In this document: positions 1 to 8,195 of the stretch, in pieces | How the letters are laid out: every line of letters begins with the position of its first letter | Numbering within the stretch: the stretch's first letter is position 1 | From: an uncultured Candidatus Saccharibacteria bacterium | GTDB taxonomy: Bacteria; Patescibacteriota; Minisyncoccia; Phycocordibacterales; UBA1006 | Length of the DNA stretch: 49,072 nucleotides | Assembly: GCA_964628065.1 (NCBI GenBank) | Contig: CAZVLM010000002.1 | Coordinates: forward strand, 18,993-68,064 | Direction of reading: 5' to 3' | Translations under genes and position numbers: made by a program | Notes under the pieces: model-generated | Told to the model about the DNA's origin: nothing | What the model saw: the letters and a program-made list of their open reading frames with translations, nothing else | Database searches by the model: none

Positions 1-22
1 TGTTCGAGTGCTCAAACAAACA

Positions 23-56
23 AAACACAAAATCCCCGAAAGGGGATTTTGTGTTT
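23..56. terminator. Intrinsic-terminator-type hairpin (aaacacaaaatcccc-gaaa-ggggattttgtgttt)
   Basis: Perfect 15-bp inverted repeat with a 4-nt loop, read directly. A/T runs on both sides. Confidence 0.6.
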
Positions 57-115
57 GATAAATAATTTATTATTCCTTAGATATTTCTTGATAAGAGTCT
101 TGGTAAGCTTGGTCT

Positions 116-781
116 ATGAGTAAATTGTTCTTATTCGTTGACGAGTCGGGAGATCCTGGAGCGGGGAGAGATAGTAGTAAGTATTATCAGATTAATATTG
201 TGGCAGCGAACCATGCCGGCATCGTTGCAATTAATGAAAACATTTCGAGATTGAGGTATTTTTTAGATTTTGGTAAGGAGCTGAAGGAGTATTGGTCTCG
301 AACAAGGATTAGGAAAAAGGTGTCTGATTTAGTTGAGTTAATACTTTCAAAGCATGGCTCCGAAATTTATATAAGAGGTTTTATTATAAGTATTGAGAAA
401 CAAAAATATAAAGGCCCTTTCCTAGGAAAAAATGGAAAGAAATTTAGAAACTTCATACTAAGGAAAGCTCTTGAAAAGACTTTTATTAAAATAAATCATT
501 CAGAGTATGACTCTTTTGAGTTGGTAATTGACCGTTATTTGGAGTCTATTGATGAACAAAATAAACTAAGTAAGTACATTCAAGATGGGTACGGACTGCC
601 AAGATCCTCGGAAACTAAACAATCTAAAATCCATCATATAATACACATTCAGTCTCTATACAGTGACGCGGTTCAACTTGCAGATATTATAGGAAGACTC
701 AGTCGAGATGCGCACGAAACCCAAGCAACACTATTAGAATATATAGATATTTCTGTAATCGAAAAGGTTTCCTCGTTTTGA
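116..781 (+). CDS. DUF3800-family protein
   Basis: N-terminal LFLFVDESGDPG resembles the DUF3800 signature (hydrophobic-DESG). TGGTAAGCT box lies 6 nt before the ATG. The stop is embedded in the hairpin aaaggtttcctc-gttt-tgaggaaaccttt. Confidence 0.55.
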   Translation: MSKLFLFVDESGDPGAGRDSSKYYQINIVAANHAGIVAINENISRLRYFLDFGKELKEYWSRTRIRKKVSDLVELILSKHGSEIYIRGFIISIEKQKYKGPFLGKNGKKFRNFILRKALEKTFIKINHSEYDSFELVIDRYLESIDEQNKLSKYIQDGYGLPRSSETKQSKIHHIIHIQSLYSDAVQLADIIGRLSRDAHETQATLLEYIDISVIEKVSSF

Positions 782-905
782 GGAAACCTTTTCTTGAAGA
801 CAAGCCCGGACACCCTAGGGGGCACCAAACTTCTCTCGCCCATAGAACTATTATAATTTATGCATTTTAAAATGCAAGTCACGCCTTTTATGCTAGGATA
901 GAATC

Positions 906-1397
906 ATGAATTTCTCATTGAACGAACTGCCGGCGATTGCTACAGAAGTGATCAAGAAGGCAGAACTTAATAAGTCTTCCGAACATGCAACGCTGATTAC
1001 TTTTTCAGGAGATCTTGGGGCTGGAAAAACAACCTTAATACAGGAAATTGCAAAGCAGTTCGGTATTGCTGAAGACTTACAAAGCCCTACGTACGTTATA
1101 TATAAGAAGTATGAACTTCGCAAACCTCACCCCGCCGGCTTCGCCGAGCGCCCTCTCCTGCAAGGAGAGGGGTTCCGAACCGTGCCTTGGGAGTACTTAA
1201 TCCATGGCGATATGTACCGACTTGAATCAAGTAGTGAGGTAGAAACATTAGGATGGGACGACTTGCTTAGAAACCCGGAAAACATCCTTCTTATAGAGTG
1301 GCCTGAGAAAATCGCTGATAAAATCCCCAATTGGGCCTTAAAACTTAAAATAAGTCATATAAATCAAGGGGAATTGAGGGATATTGACTTTGGATAG
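906..1397 (+). CDS. tsaE: tRNA t6A37 biosynthesis ATPase TsaE, carrying an in-frame repeat insertion
   Basis: P-loop GDLGAGKTTL, SPTY...Y, H-x-D-x-YRL and LIEWPE blocks typical of TsaE/YjeE. TGCTAGGAT box lies 6 nt before the ATG. Confidence 0.85.
   Translation: MNFSLNELPAIATEVIKKAELNKSSEHATLITFSGDLGAGKTTLIQEIAKQFGIAEDLQSPTYVIYKKYELRKPHPAGFAERPLLQGEGFRTVPWEYLIHGDMYRLESSSEVETLGWDDLLRNPENILLIEWPEKIADKIPNWALKLKISHINQGELRDIDFG
1125..1180 (+). repeat. GC-rich palindromic element (type 1: CACCCC box + ccctctcc-tgcaa-ggagaggg hairpin), in frame inside tsaE
   Basis: cctcaccccgccggcttcgccgagcgccctctcctgcaaggagagggg read directly. Translated as PHPAGFAERPLLQGEGF, between the SPTY block and the HGDMYRL block. 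Confidence 0.85.
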
Positions 1398-1452
1398 GAA
1401 TTGTGCTATTATAGTAAAGGAAGTGATTTTTTAACCTTTAAAGTAAATAAGC

Positions 1453-1881
1453 ATGAAATTAGTAATCGCGTTTGCAAGAAATGTAGGCTCAGGACCTATG
1501 GTAATTCTAAAATTTGAAAAAGAAATTCCCAAAAAATCCGAGATTAGTAAAGAAGAAATGACAGAGCTGGTTGAAAATGTTGAAGCCAAAGATGCCGAGA
1601 CTACCTTACAAAAGGCGGTGGATAGCATGAAAAAGTATTTTGGTAACGATCTGCCAACGCCTTATCCCGATGGTCGCGAATTTGGAAAAAGAGTGCGCTA
1701 TTTGTTTCCTTACACTGCAGAGCACAAGCTAGACGGATTAGCTGCAACACTAAAGGTGTGGATGAACGAAGAAACCTCTGGCGGCGTTCATTATCCTGGC
1801 AATACCGAAATGGTGCCGGCCAATGAAAACGAAGTTGCCGTGGATGCGATTGCCGCTATAGCCACTGAAGAGCAAAATTAA
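1453..1881 (+). CDS. Hypothetical protein
   Basis: 142-aa ORF followed by hairpin aaaagcac..gtgctttt. No recognisable motif and the start is uncertain. Confidence 0.45.
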   Translation: MKLVIAFARNVGSGPMVILKFEKEIPKKSEISKEEMTELVENVEAKDAETTLQKAVDSMKKYFGNDLPTPYPDGREFGKRVRYLFPYTAEHKLDGLAATLKVWMNEETSGGVHYPGNTEMVPANENEVAVDAIAAIATEEQN

Positions 1882-1925
1882 ATAAAAAGCACTCGAGACT
1901 TGTTTCGGGTGCTTTTTACGTTGTC

Positions 1926-1934
1926 TGGTATAAT
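1926..1934 (+). promoter_or_regulatory. Extended -10 box TGGTATAAT, 6 nt upstream of the polA ATG (leaderless-type promoter)
   Basis: Sequence tggtataat-agtgat-ATG read directly. There is no purine-rich SD. Confidence 0.6.
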
Positions 1935-1940
1935 AGTGAT

Positions 1941-4361
1941 ATGAAAAAAACTGAGAAAAAAAGAATAGTGCTTTTGGATGCGCATGCGTTATTGCACCGT
2001 GCATATCATGCTCTGCCAGAGTTTACGAGCTCAAAAGGCATTCCAACTGGAGGATTATACGGATACGTATCAATGATCATTCGTATTATTTCAGAATGGA
2101 AACCCGACTATATTATTGCGTGTTACGACTTGCCCCAGAAAACATTCCGTCACGAAGCGTACGATGCGTACAAAGGACATCGCGCAAAAACAGATGAGGC
2201 GCTCGTTGCGCAAATCGAGTCATCACGATATGTTTGCGAAAAACTAGGAATTCCTATTTACGACATGCCGGGATTTGAAGCCGACGACATGCTTGGCACC
2301 ATTGTTGAGCAAACAAAAAAAGATAAAACCCTCGAGGTTCTTATTGCGACAGGGGATATGGACTCCCTGCAATTAGTGGATGGAAAAAAAGTTCGCGTGT
2401 TTACCTTAAAGAAAGGAATTAACGACACAGTTATTTACGACGAGGATGCAGTGCATGCACGATTTGGATTTGGTCCCGAATCGCTCCCTGACTTTAAGGG
2501 GCTTCGAGGAGATCCGTCTGATAACATTATCGGCGTTCCAGGTATTGGTGAAAAGACTGCAACGGAACTTATTTTGAAATTCGGAACCATAGAAAATATT
2601 TACAAAAACATTCACAAGGATAGAGAGCTACTTATCAAAGAGGGTGTAAAAGAGCGCATCGTAAAACTTCTTGAGGAGCACGAAGAGGGGGCACTGTTTT
2701 CAAAAACATTGGCAACTATTAGACGTGACGCGCCTATCACATTTACGCTTCCAGAGAAAACATGGAAGGAGTCTTGCGATCTATCTGTAGTAGAGCCGGT
2801 GCTTAAAGAGTTTGAGTTTAAGACATTGGTAATGAGATTGAAGGAGGTGTTGAATAGTGCTCAGTCTGGCGCAGCTTCCAAACCTCACCCCGCTTCGCAG
2901 AGCCTCGGCGACCCTCTCCTGCAAGGAGAGGGTGCCGAACCCGTTGTTGTCCCTCGCGAAACGCAACTTGCGTTCTGGCTCCTTAATTCCGAAATAACCA
3001 ATCCTACCGCCGATGATATTTTCATGTACACACGTACAGAAAATCTCGAAACAGCAAAAGAGTCTCTAGAAAAAGAAATTACAAAAAATGGATTAGATTT
3101 TGTTTACCGAGACATTGAGTTACCACTGATCCCGATCCTAAAAGGAATGCAAGAGCACGGCGTCCTCATTGATACAGGATTCCTTAAAGCACTTTCGGTA
3201 GATTTACACGGACAACTTGAAAAGATAGAAAAAGCTATTTATGCGCATGTTGGTCATGAGTTCAACGTAAACTCCCCAAAACAATTAGGTGAAGTACTCT
3301 TCGGAGAAATGCAGATCCATGCAAGCATCAAAGGATTCCGAGTAAAGAAAACTGCAAGTGGCACCTATTCCACAAAAGAGTCAGACCTTGAAAAACTTGC
3401 AGATGCACATCCGATCATCGCAGACATCTTTAAGTATCGCGAGCTTCAGAAATTGCTCTCTACTTATATAGATACGATGCCGACGCTTGCCGATGAAGGT
3501 TCGCGACTACATCCTGAGTTGCTTCAGATGGGAGCCGCAACAGGAAGGTTCTCTTGCCAGAATCCAAACATTCAAAACATTCCTATTCGATCAGAAGAAG
3601 GAAAGAAAATTCGAAATGCGTTTATTGCACCAAAAGAATACAGTCTCGTTTCTGCAGATTATTCCCAGATCGAGTTACGAAGCGCGGCGATTCTTTCGGG
3701 AGATCCAGTATTCATGGAAACGTTCAGTTCCGGAAAAGATGTTCATGCATCAGTTGCATCCAGAGTATTCCATGTTCCTGAAAACGAAGTAACGAGTGAT
3801 ATGCGACGAAAGTCAAAAGTCATCAACTTCGGAATCTTGTATGGAATGGGGGTGACGGCACTCCAGAAAAATCTGGGTACCAACCGGGCCGAAGCCCAGC
3901 AGTTCTATGATGAGTACTTCAAGCAATTGCCAAAACTCTCAGAGTATATGGACGATGTATTGGTACAAGCAAAGAAGTTGGGATACACAGAAACATTATT
4001 TGGAAGAAAACGATTATTCCCAGCATTAAAATCTTCCATTCCTTTCATTAAGGCAATGGCAGAACGAGCTGCAGGGAATGCGCCAATCCAAGGGACGACA
4101 GCTGATATTATTAAGCTAGCCATGATCCATGTGGATAAAGCTATCAAGGACGCAGGTCTTTCTGAAAGAGTACACATGATTATGCAAATCCATGACGAAC
4201 TGGTATTTGAGGTTGCTGATGAGGTGCTTGATAAGGCAAAAGACCTTATTAAGAAAACCATGGAGAGCGTCCTAGAAACGGTTCCTCTGAAGATTGAAAA
4301 TAAAATACCTATTGATGTTTCTATTTCCTCAGGAAAGACATGGGGAGAAGCAAAAGATTAA
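1941..4361 (+). CDS. polA: DNA polymerase I (5'-nuclease + polymerase domains; short, Taq-like middle region) with an in-frame repeat insertion
   Basis: N-terminal VLLDAHALLHRAYHA and GVPGIGEKTA (5'-3' exonuclease/H3TH). Family A polymerase motifs DYSQIELR, RRKSKVINFGILYGM and QIHDELVFE. Confidence 0.97.
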   Translation: MKKTEKKRIVLLDAHALLHRAYHALPEFTSSKGIPTGGLYGYVSMIIRIISEWKPDYIIACYDLPQKTFRHEAYDAYKGHRAKTDEALVAQIESSRYVCEKLGIPIYDMPGFEADDMLGTIVEQTKKDKTLEVLIATGDMDSLQLVDGKKVRVFTLKKGINDTVIYDEDAVHARFGFGPESLPDFKGLRGDPSDNIIGVPGIGEKTATELILKFGTIENIYKNIHKDRELLIKEGVKERIVKLLEEHEEGALFSKTLATIRRDAPITFTLPEKTWKESCDLSVVEPVLKEFEFKTLVMRLKEVLNSAQSGAASKPHPASQSLGDPLLQGEGAEPVVVPRETQLAFWLLNSEITNPTADDIFMYTRTENLETAKESLEKEITKNGLDFVYRDIELPLIPILKGMQEHGVLIDTGFLKALSVDLHGQLEKIEKAIYAHVGHEFNVNSPKQLGEVLFGEMQIHASIKGFRVKKTASGTYSTKESDLEKLADAHPIIADIFKYRELQKLLSTYIDTMPTLADEGSRLHPELLQMGAATGRFSCQNPNIQNIPIRSEEGKKIRNAFIAPKEYSLVSADYSQIELRSAAILSGDPVFMETFSSGKDVHASVASRVFHVPENEVTSDMRRKSKVINFGILYGMGVTALQKNLGTNRAEAQQFYDEYFKQLPKLSEYMDDVLVQAKKLGYTETLFGRKRLFPALKSSIPFIKAMAERAAGNAPIQGTTADIIKLAMIHVDKAIKDAGLSERVHMIMQIHDELVFEVADEVLDKAKDLIKKTMESVLETVPLKIENKIPIDVSISSGKTWGEAKD
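2883..2942 (+). repeat. GC-rich palindromic element (type 1), in frame inside polA
   Basis: cctcaccccgcttcgcagagcctcggcgaccctctcctgcaaggagagggtgccgaac. Translated as KPHPASQSLGDPLLQGEGAEP, in the linker between the 5'-nuclease and polymerase domains. Confidence 0.85.
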
Positions 4362-4390
4362 GTAAATAAGCCATCAAGTGGCTTATTTAC
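4362..4390. terminator. Hairpin gtaaataagcca-tcaag-tggcttatttac downstream of polA
   Basis: 12-bp perfect inverted repeat immediately after the polA stop codon. Confidence 0.7.
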
Positions 4391-4420
4391 TTGAAAAAAT
4401 TTTAGGTATACACTATCCCT

Positions 4421-4897
4421 ATGAATAAAGCAGTAAAAGTATTCTTTGGAATCATGTCGGCGTCGCCGGTGGTTTTCCTTATAGGATTGGCAATCTCGTT
4501 TGCGGTGTACGTGAGATTTCCGATGCCATTGGTCAAGGCTGGATCAGCGGATGATATTCTTATGGTCGTCGGAGTGCTTGTTATTATTTTCGGAACAGGA
4601 TTAGCATTTGCAGCACAGAAAGTGAGTCGTGTTGTTGCACGTCCTTCAACGAAAGCAACATGTCCAGACTTGATGCGAGGGCCATATCGCTATAGTCGAC
4701 ATCCAGGATCGTTGTCACTTATTATTATGTATATTGGATTCGCGCTTGTTGTGAATTCGTTAGTGATGGCGATCGGAGCGGTGATACTATTTCTACTTCT
4801 TACATTTATATTTATTCCATTAAGTGAAAAAGTAATCAGTTCTATTTGTCCAGAAGCGTATCGTGAATATAAATCTAAAGTTCGCATGTGGATATGA
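4421..4897 (+). CDS. Isoprenylcysteine carboxyl methyltransferase (ICMT)/phospholipid methyltransferase-family membrane protein
   Basis: Multi-pass hydrophobic protein with GPYRYSRHPGSLS, resembling the ICMT-family GxYxxxRHPxY motif. Confidence 0.65.
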   Translation: MNKAVKVFFGIMSASPVVFLIGLAISFAVYVRFPMPLVKAGSADDILMVVGVLVIIFGTGLAFAAQKVSRVVARPSTKATCPDLMRGPYRYSRHPGSLSLIIMYIGFALVVNSLVMAIGAVILFLLLTFIFIPLSEKVISSICPEAYREYKSKVRMWI

Positions 4898-5514
4898 TTT
4901 CAGTATTCATTGGAAAAACCTCACCCCTAACCCCTCTCCTGCAAGGAGAGGGGAACCGCGAACGGGTAGATGTACTTACTGCAAACCTTCAAAATGTTTT
5001 TGATGATATTCAAACACCAAGTCTTTTTGGGGAAAAGAAAACATTCGTGCTTATGAATGTGATGGAAGATGATTCGATAAAAAAAGAAGTTCTCGAACGA
5101 TTGGCTGAACTTTCTGAAGCTCCTCATGATGTAGCGATTGTTGTCGACAGCATGCTTGCGGCAGACGTAAAGAAATTTGAAAAAGTAGGGACGGTGCACA
5201 AGGCCTTAGAAAAGGAAAAGAAAGCAGAAGTGTTTAATCCGTTCGGACTTGCGAACGCATTTGCGACAGGAGATAAGAAAAAGACATGGCTCGCATTTCA
5301 AGAAGTGCTAGCACATGAAGACGAAATGGAAAAGACGCACGGAATGATTTGGTGGAAACTGAAAGATATGATGACAAAGAAGTCTTCTGTTCCGAAAGAA
5401 AAACTTGATGCTATGGCGCGAAGACTTGTTTCTATTTATCACGAATCGCGATTGGGTGGATTGGGAATGAAAGAGCGATTGGAAGAATTTTTCCTGACGC
5501 TTGATAAGAAATAA
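4888..5514 (+). CDS. Putative DNA polymerase III delta subunit (short HolA-like), N-terminal repeat insertion
   Basis: SLFGEKKTFVL block and a helical C-terminal half (WLAFQEVL...IWWKL) resemble HolA. Overlaps the upstream stop (ATGTGGATATGA). The assignment is tentative. Confidence 0.45.
   Translation: MDMISVFIGKTSPLTPLLQGEGNRERVDVLTANLQNVFDDIQTPSLFGEKKTFVLMNVMEDDSIKKEVLERLAELSEAPHDVAIVVDSMLAADVKKFEKVGTVHKALEKEKKAEVFNPFGLANAFATGDKKKTWLAFQEVLAHEDEMEKTHGMIWWKLKDMMTKKSSVPKEKLDAMARRLVSIYHESRLGGLGMKERLEEFFLTLDKK
4919..4960 (+). repeat. GC-rich palindromic element (type 1, short form), in frame near the N-terminus of the holA-like ORF
   Basis: cctcacccctaacccctctcctgcaaggagaggggaacc, translated as TSPLTPLLQGEGN. 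Confidence 0.8.
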
Positions 5515-5884
5515 GGCCAAGTAAAAAAGTTCCAATAAAAAACTGCTCTTGTAAGGGCAGTTTTCATCTTAAAAATAAAGATTTATTTAGTTTTTTGAGT
5601 GGGAACAGATTGTTTTGTATTGCGTAACTTTTGTGTAAAGAACTATGGAAAGAGCATCGTGGTAGATGTGCTTTGTCATAGTAATTTACCAATAAAGTTG
5701 GTCGCTTTACAAAACAGGCATCTAATCTCACGTAGTTGAAAAACTAATTCCTAATTATTATACATGGAATGAAATAAAAAAGCCAAAGAGGCGGGGAAAG
5801 ATTCCTGTGGATAACTTAAGTAGGCGAAATAGCCCCAAAGCAAGATCCCTTCATGTGAAGGGACGTTCCTTTGGGGCGATGTAC

Positions 5885-6541
5885 CTATCCATTCTTTACA
5901 TGGATAGAAAGCCCGCTGATATTGCCCTTATGGGCTTGGAAGCTAGAATCAGCGCTCCTTGGAGACAAATCAAGAGCACCGTGATAATTCAAGACAAGCC
6001 CTCCTTGTTTCGTAGCCCTCATTATTTCAGCCATCAATCTCTTTCGATACTCCGAATCGCGCAAAACATCTTCGTCTATTCCTGATATGAGGAAGTTGGC
6101 AGAGTTGTCTGGGATTTTTGACACAAATCGCAACAAGTCTTCATTGATATATTCAACCGGGAAGCCACCCTGTTTCCTAGATTCCTCAACCCATCTTTGG
6201 TCGAACTCCTTTTTATCCACCCCAACGTAAGAAGCCAAAGAAATATCTAGCTCTTTTAGGTGGGCATCGGTATAGCCAGGTTCACCGCACCCTAAATCAA
6301 TCAATGTTTCTCCGCTCAACTTTTCTTTTATAAACTGAAGATCTTCCTGGCTTGTTTCGAGATTTTGAGCGAGACTTCCGGAAAAATGACCCGGCGTTGT
6401 CCCGAGCATGAACTTATTTTCCGGAAGTTCTTCTAAGAATTCATCGACTTCTTGCATTTTCTTTTTTAAAGATAGGTCTTCATTGAGGTTTGGACCATCG
6501 TTATCAATATTCCGATTTAGCATCTCTTCTGGAAATTTCAT
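5885..6541 (-). CDS. Class I SAM-dependent methyltransferase
   Basis: LIDLGCGEPG glycine-rich motif I. TGCTATAAT lies 7 nt upstream of the ATG. A nested hairpin gccccaaag...ctttggggc lies downstream (5833..5880). Confidence 0.6.
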   Translation of the reverse strand: MKFPEEMLNRNIDNDGPNLNEDLSLKKKMQEVDEFLEELPENKFMLGTTPGHFSGSLAQNLETSQEDLQFIKEKLSGETLIDLGCGEPGYTDAHLKELDISLASYVGVDKKEFDQRWVEESRKQGGFPVEYINEDLLRFVSKIPDNSANFLISGIDEDVLRDSEYRKRLMAEIMRATKQGGLVLNYHGALDLSPRSADSSFQAHKGNISGLSIHVKNG

Positions 6542-6620
6542 ACAAGCGATTATAGCATAAAGCTCGAACCTTACTTGAGGTAACGAAAAAATCCCTTATT
6601 TCTAAGGAAATTTTTCAATG

Positions 6621-6693
6621 TGCACTCGGTTGGAATCGAACCAACGACCCTCTGCTTAAAAGGCAGGTGCTCTACCGACTGAGCTACGAGTGC
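6621..6693 (-). tRNA. tRNA-Lys (anticodon UUU)
   Basis: Reverse complement GCACTCGTAGCTCAGTCGGTAGAGCACCTGCCTTTTAAGCAGAGGGTCGTTGGTTCGATTCCAACCGAGTGCA folds as a cloverleaf. Anticodon loop is CUUUUAA. CCA is not encoded. Confidence 0.92.
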
Positions 6694-6779
6694 GTGCTCT
6701 GCGAAGCTTTAGCGAAGCGGGGCGGCCCCATTACTAAAACTTGCGTTTTACGAAACGAACTGTACTATACACAATAATT

Positions 6780-7271
6780 ATGAAAATATCAAGAGGCAAT
6801 GTTGAATACGTGCTTGTGCTCCATGATATCCGGAGCGTGTTCAATGTTGGGGCATTATTTCGAACCGCGGACGCAGTCGGCATTACGCGAATCATTTTGT
6901 CTGGCTATTCGCCGACTCCTGTCGATCGATTTGGAAGAGATCGAGCCGATTTTGTTAAATGTTCTCTTGGTTCCGAAAAAAGCGTTCCGTGGGAATATGT
7001 AAAAAGTCCGAATTCAAAACTTAAAAAACTTAAAACAGAAGGATTTGAAGTTATCGGAGTTGAGCAAGATAAAACCTCGGTTGATTACAAGAAAGTAAAA
7101 AAGACCGACAAGATGGTCTTCATACTGGGGACAGAAACAACGGGCATCTCTAAACCGCTTCTTAAAATGTGCGACACCATCGTTGAGATTCCTATGAAAG
7201 GAATGAAAGAGTCGTTGAATGTTTCGGTAGCAGGAGGGATTGTTCTGTATCGAATGCTTGATCAGAAATAA
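6780..7271 (+). CDS. TrmH/SpoU-family RNA 2'-O-methyltransferase
   Basis: NVGALFRTADAVG, ILGTETTGIS and SLNVSVAGGIVLY motifs of SPOUT methyltransferases. Start moved from TTG 6741 to ATG 6780. Confidence 0.8.
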   Translation: MKISRGNVEYVLVLHDIRSVFNVGALFRTADAVGITRIILSGYSPTPVDRFGRDRADFVKCSLGSEKSVPWEYVKSPNSKLKKLKTEGFEVIGVEQDKTSVDYKKVKKTDKMVFILGTETTGISKPLLKMCDTIVEIPMKGMKESLNVSVAGGIVLYRMLDQK

Positions 7272-7287
7272 TTTTTAAGTAATCTCT

Positions 7288-7848
7288 TTACTTGTTAAGT
7301 ATCCGCAAAGCCTCGCGGATTTTTGCTTGCGTATCAAGCGACGGATCAATGGTTCGCAAACACTCGCGAGACGCAGACTCAGTGTAACCAAGCGCGATGA
7401 GCGCATCGAGCACGTCGTTGTTTGCAGAGCTTCCATCATCTGAGTGGATTGCAGGAAGTTTATCTCGTAATTCGAGAATGATTTTTTCTGCAGTCTTTTT
7501 TCCAATGCCGGAGATCTTTGTTAAGTAAGAGACATCGTTCATGTTGATGGCGCGGGAGATGGTTCCGATGGTTGCGACATTCATCACGCCAAGCGCAGAC
7601 TTTGGACCAATGCCAGAAACGCCTCGGAGAAGTTCAAATAAGTCTTGGTCGTTGAGGTTTTCAAATCCGTACAAATCCTGCGAGTCTTCTCGGATAACAT
7701 GAGACGTCCAAAGAGAAAGGGTTTCGCCCACCTTGTGTTTAAGTAATGTCTCGGCAGTGGCAAAGACACGGTAGCCAATACCGTAAGCTTCCACAATAAT
7801 GTATTTGTCGGTTACGGCAGATACCGTGCCGGTAATTTGAGCGATCAT
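7288..7848 (-). CDS. ruvA: Holliday junction branch migration protein RuvA
   Basis: MIAQITGTV..., GYRV and two HhH motifs (GVSGIGPKSA, ISGIGKKTAEKI). TGCTATACT lies 6 nt upstream of the ATG. Confidence 0.93.
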   Translation of the reverse strand: MIAQITGTVSAVTDKYIIVEAYGIGYRVFATAETLLKHKVGETLSLWTSHVIREDSQDLYGFENLNDQDLFELLRGVSGIGPKSALGVMNVATIGTISRAINMNDVSYLTKISGIGKKTAEKIILELRDKLPAIHSDDGSSANNDVLDALIALGYTESASRECLRTIDPSLDTQAKIREALRILNK

Positions 7849-7888
7849 GGGCTAAGTATAGCATGACTCACGCCTTAGTCTGGAAAGA

Positions 7889-8150
7889 CGCACCCCGCCG
7901 GCTTTGCCGAACACACCCCGCGAGCTTCGCTCGTCGACCCTCTCTAAAAGAGAGGGTAGGCTCCGTCGAGACTCTTTCATTCATTAAAATTCCGATCATC
8001 TCTTAGAGGCTATCAACAATCTACAAAACCACTTGTCTAGACGAAGCAAAGCTTTGCATAAGTGTTTCACCTTACCCTCTCTTTTAGAGAGGGTCGCTCG
8101 CCGAAGGCGGCGGGGTGTGTTTGAGAGGGGACCTCGGCGAAGCCGAAAGT
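7889..8150. repeat. Composite MITE-like element: two inverted GC-rich type-2 arms (hairpin ccctctct-aaaa-gagaggg) flanking an AT-rich core of about 100 bp
   Basis: Left arm aacacaccccgcgagcttcgctcgtcgaccctctctaaaagagagggta (7910..7957). The right arm is its near reverse complement, taccctctcttttagagagggtcgctcgccgaaggcggcggggtgtgtt (8073..8121). The core is homologous to the core at 23484..23577. Confidence 0.75.
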
Positions 8151-8195
8151 GCGCGTTGGTGCGTGAAGTCTTGCAAAAAATCAAACTTATGCTAC

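Noticed and set aside
1-22. Possible 3' fragment of a tRNA at the window edge (gttcgagtgctc resembles a T-loop)
   Set aside because: Too little sequence is present to form a T-arm plus acceptor stem, so it cannot be supported from this window.
2406-4261. Antisense and alternative-frame ORFs inside polA (2406..2615, 2781..2966, 3487..3792, 3554..3781, 3905..4261), and similar shadow ORFs inside other long genes
   Set aside because: They are fully embedded in genes with strong homology-type motifs and lack promoter or start context. Some consist of repeat-derived sequence.
5807-6085. 92-aa plus-strand ORF overlapping the 3' end of the minus-strand methyltransferase
   Set aside because: It overlaps a better-supported gene and its terminator hairpin, and has no start context.
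7996-8184. 62-aa ORF on the minus strand inside the composite repeat
   Set aside because: It consists mostly of translated GC-rich repeat arm (RRGPLSNTPRRLRRATLSKREG), has no promoter or start context, and has no equivalent ORF in the second composite copy.
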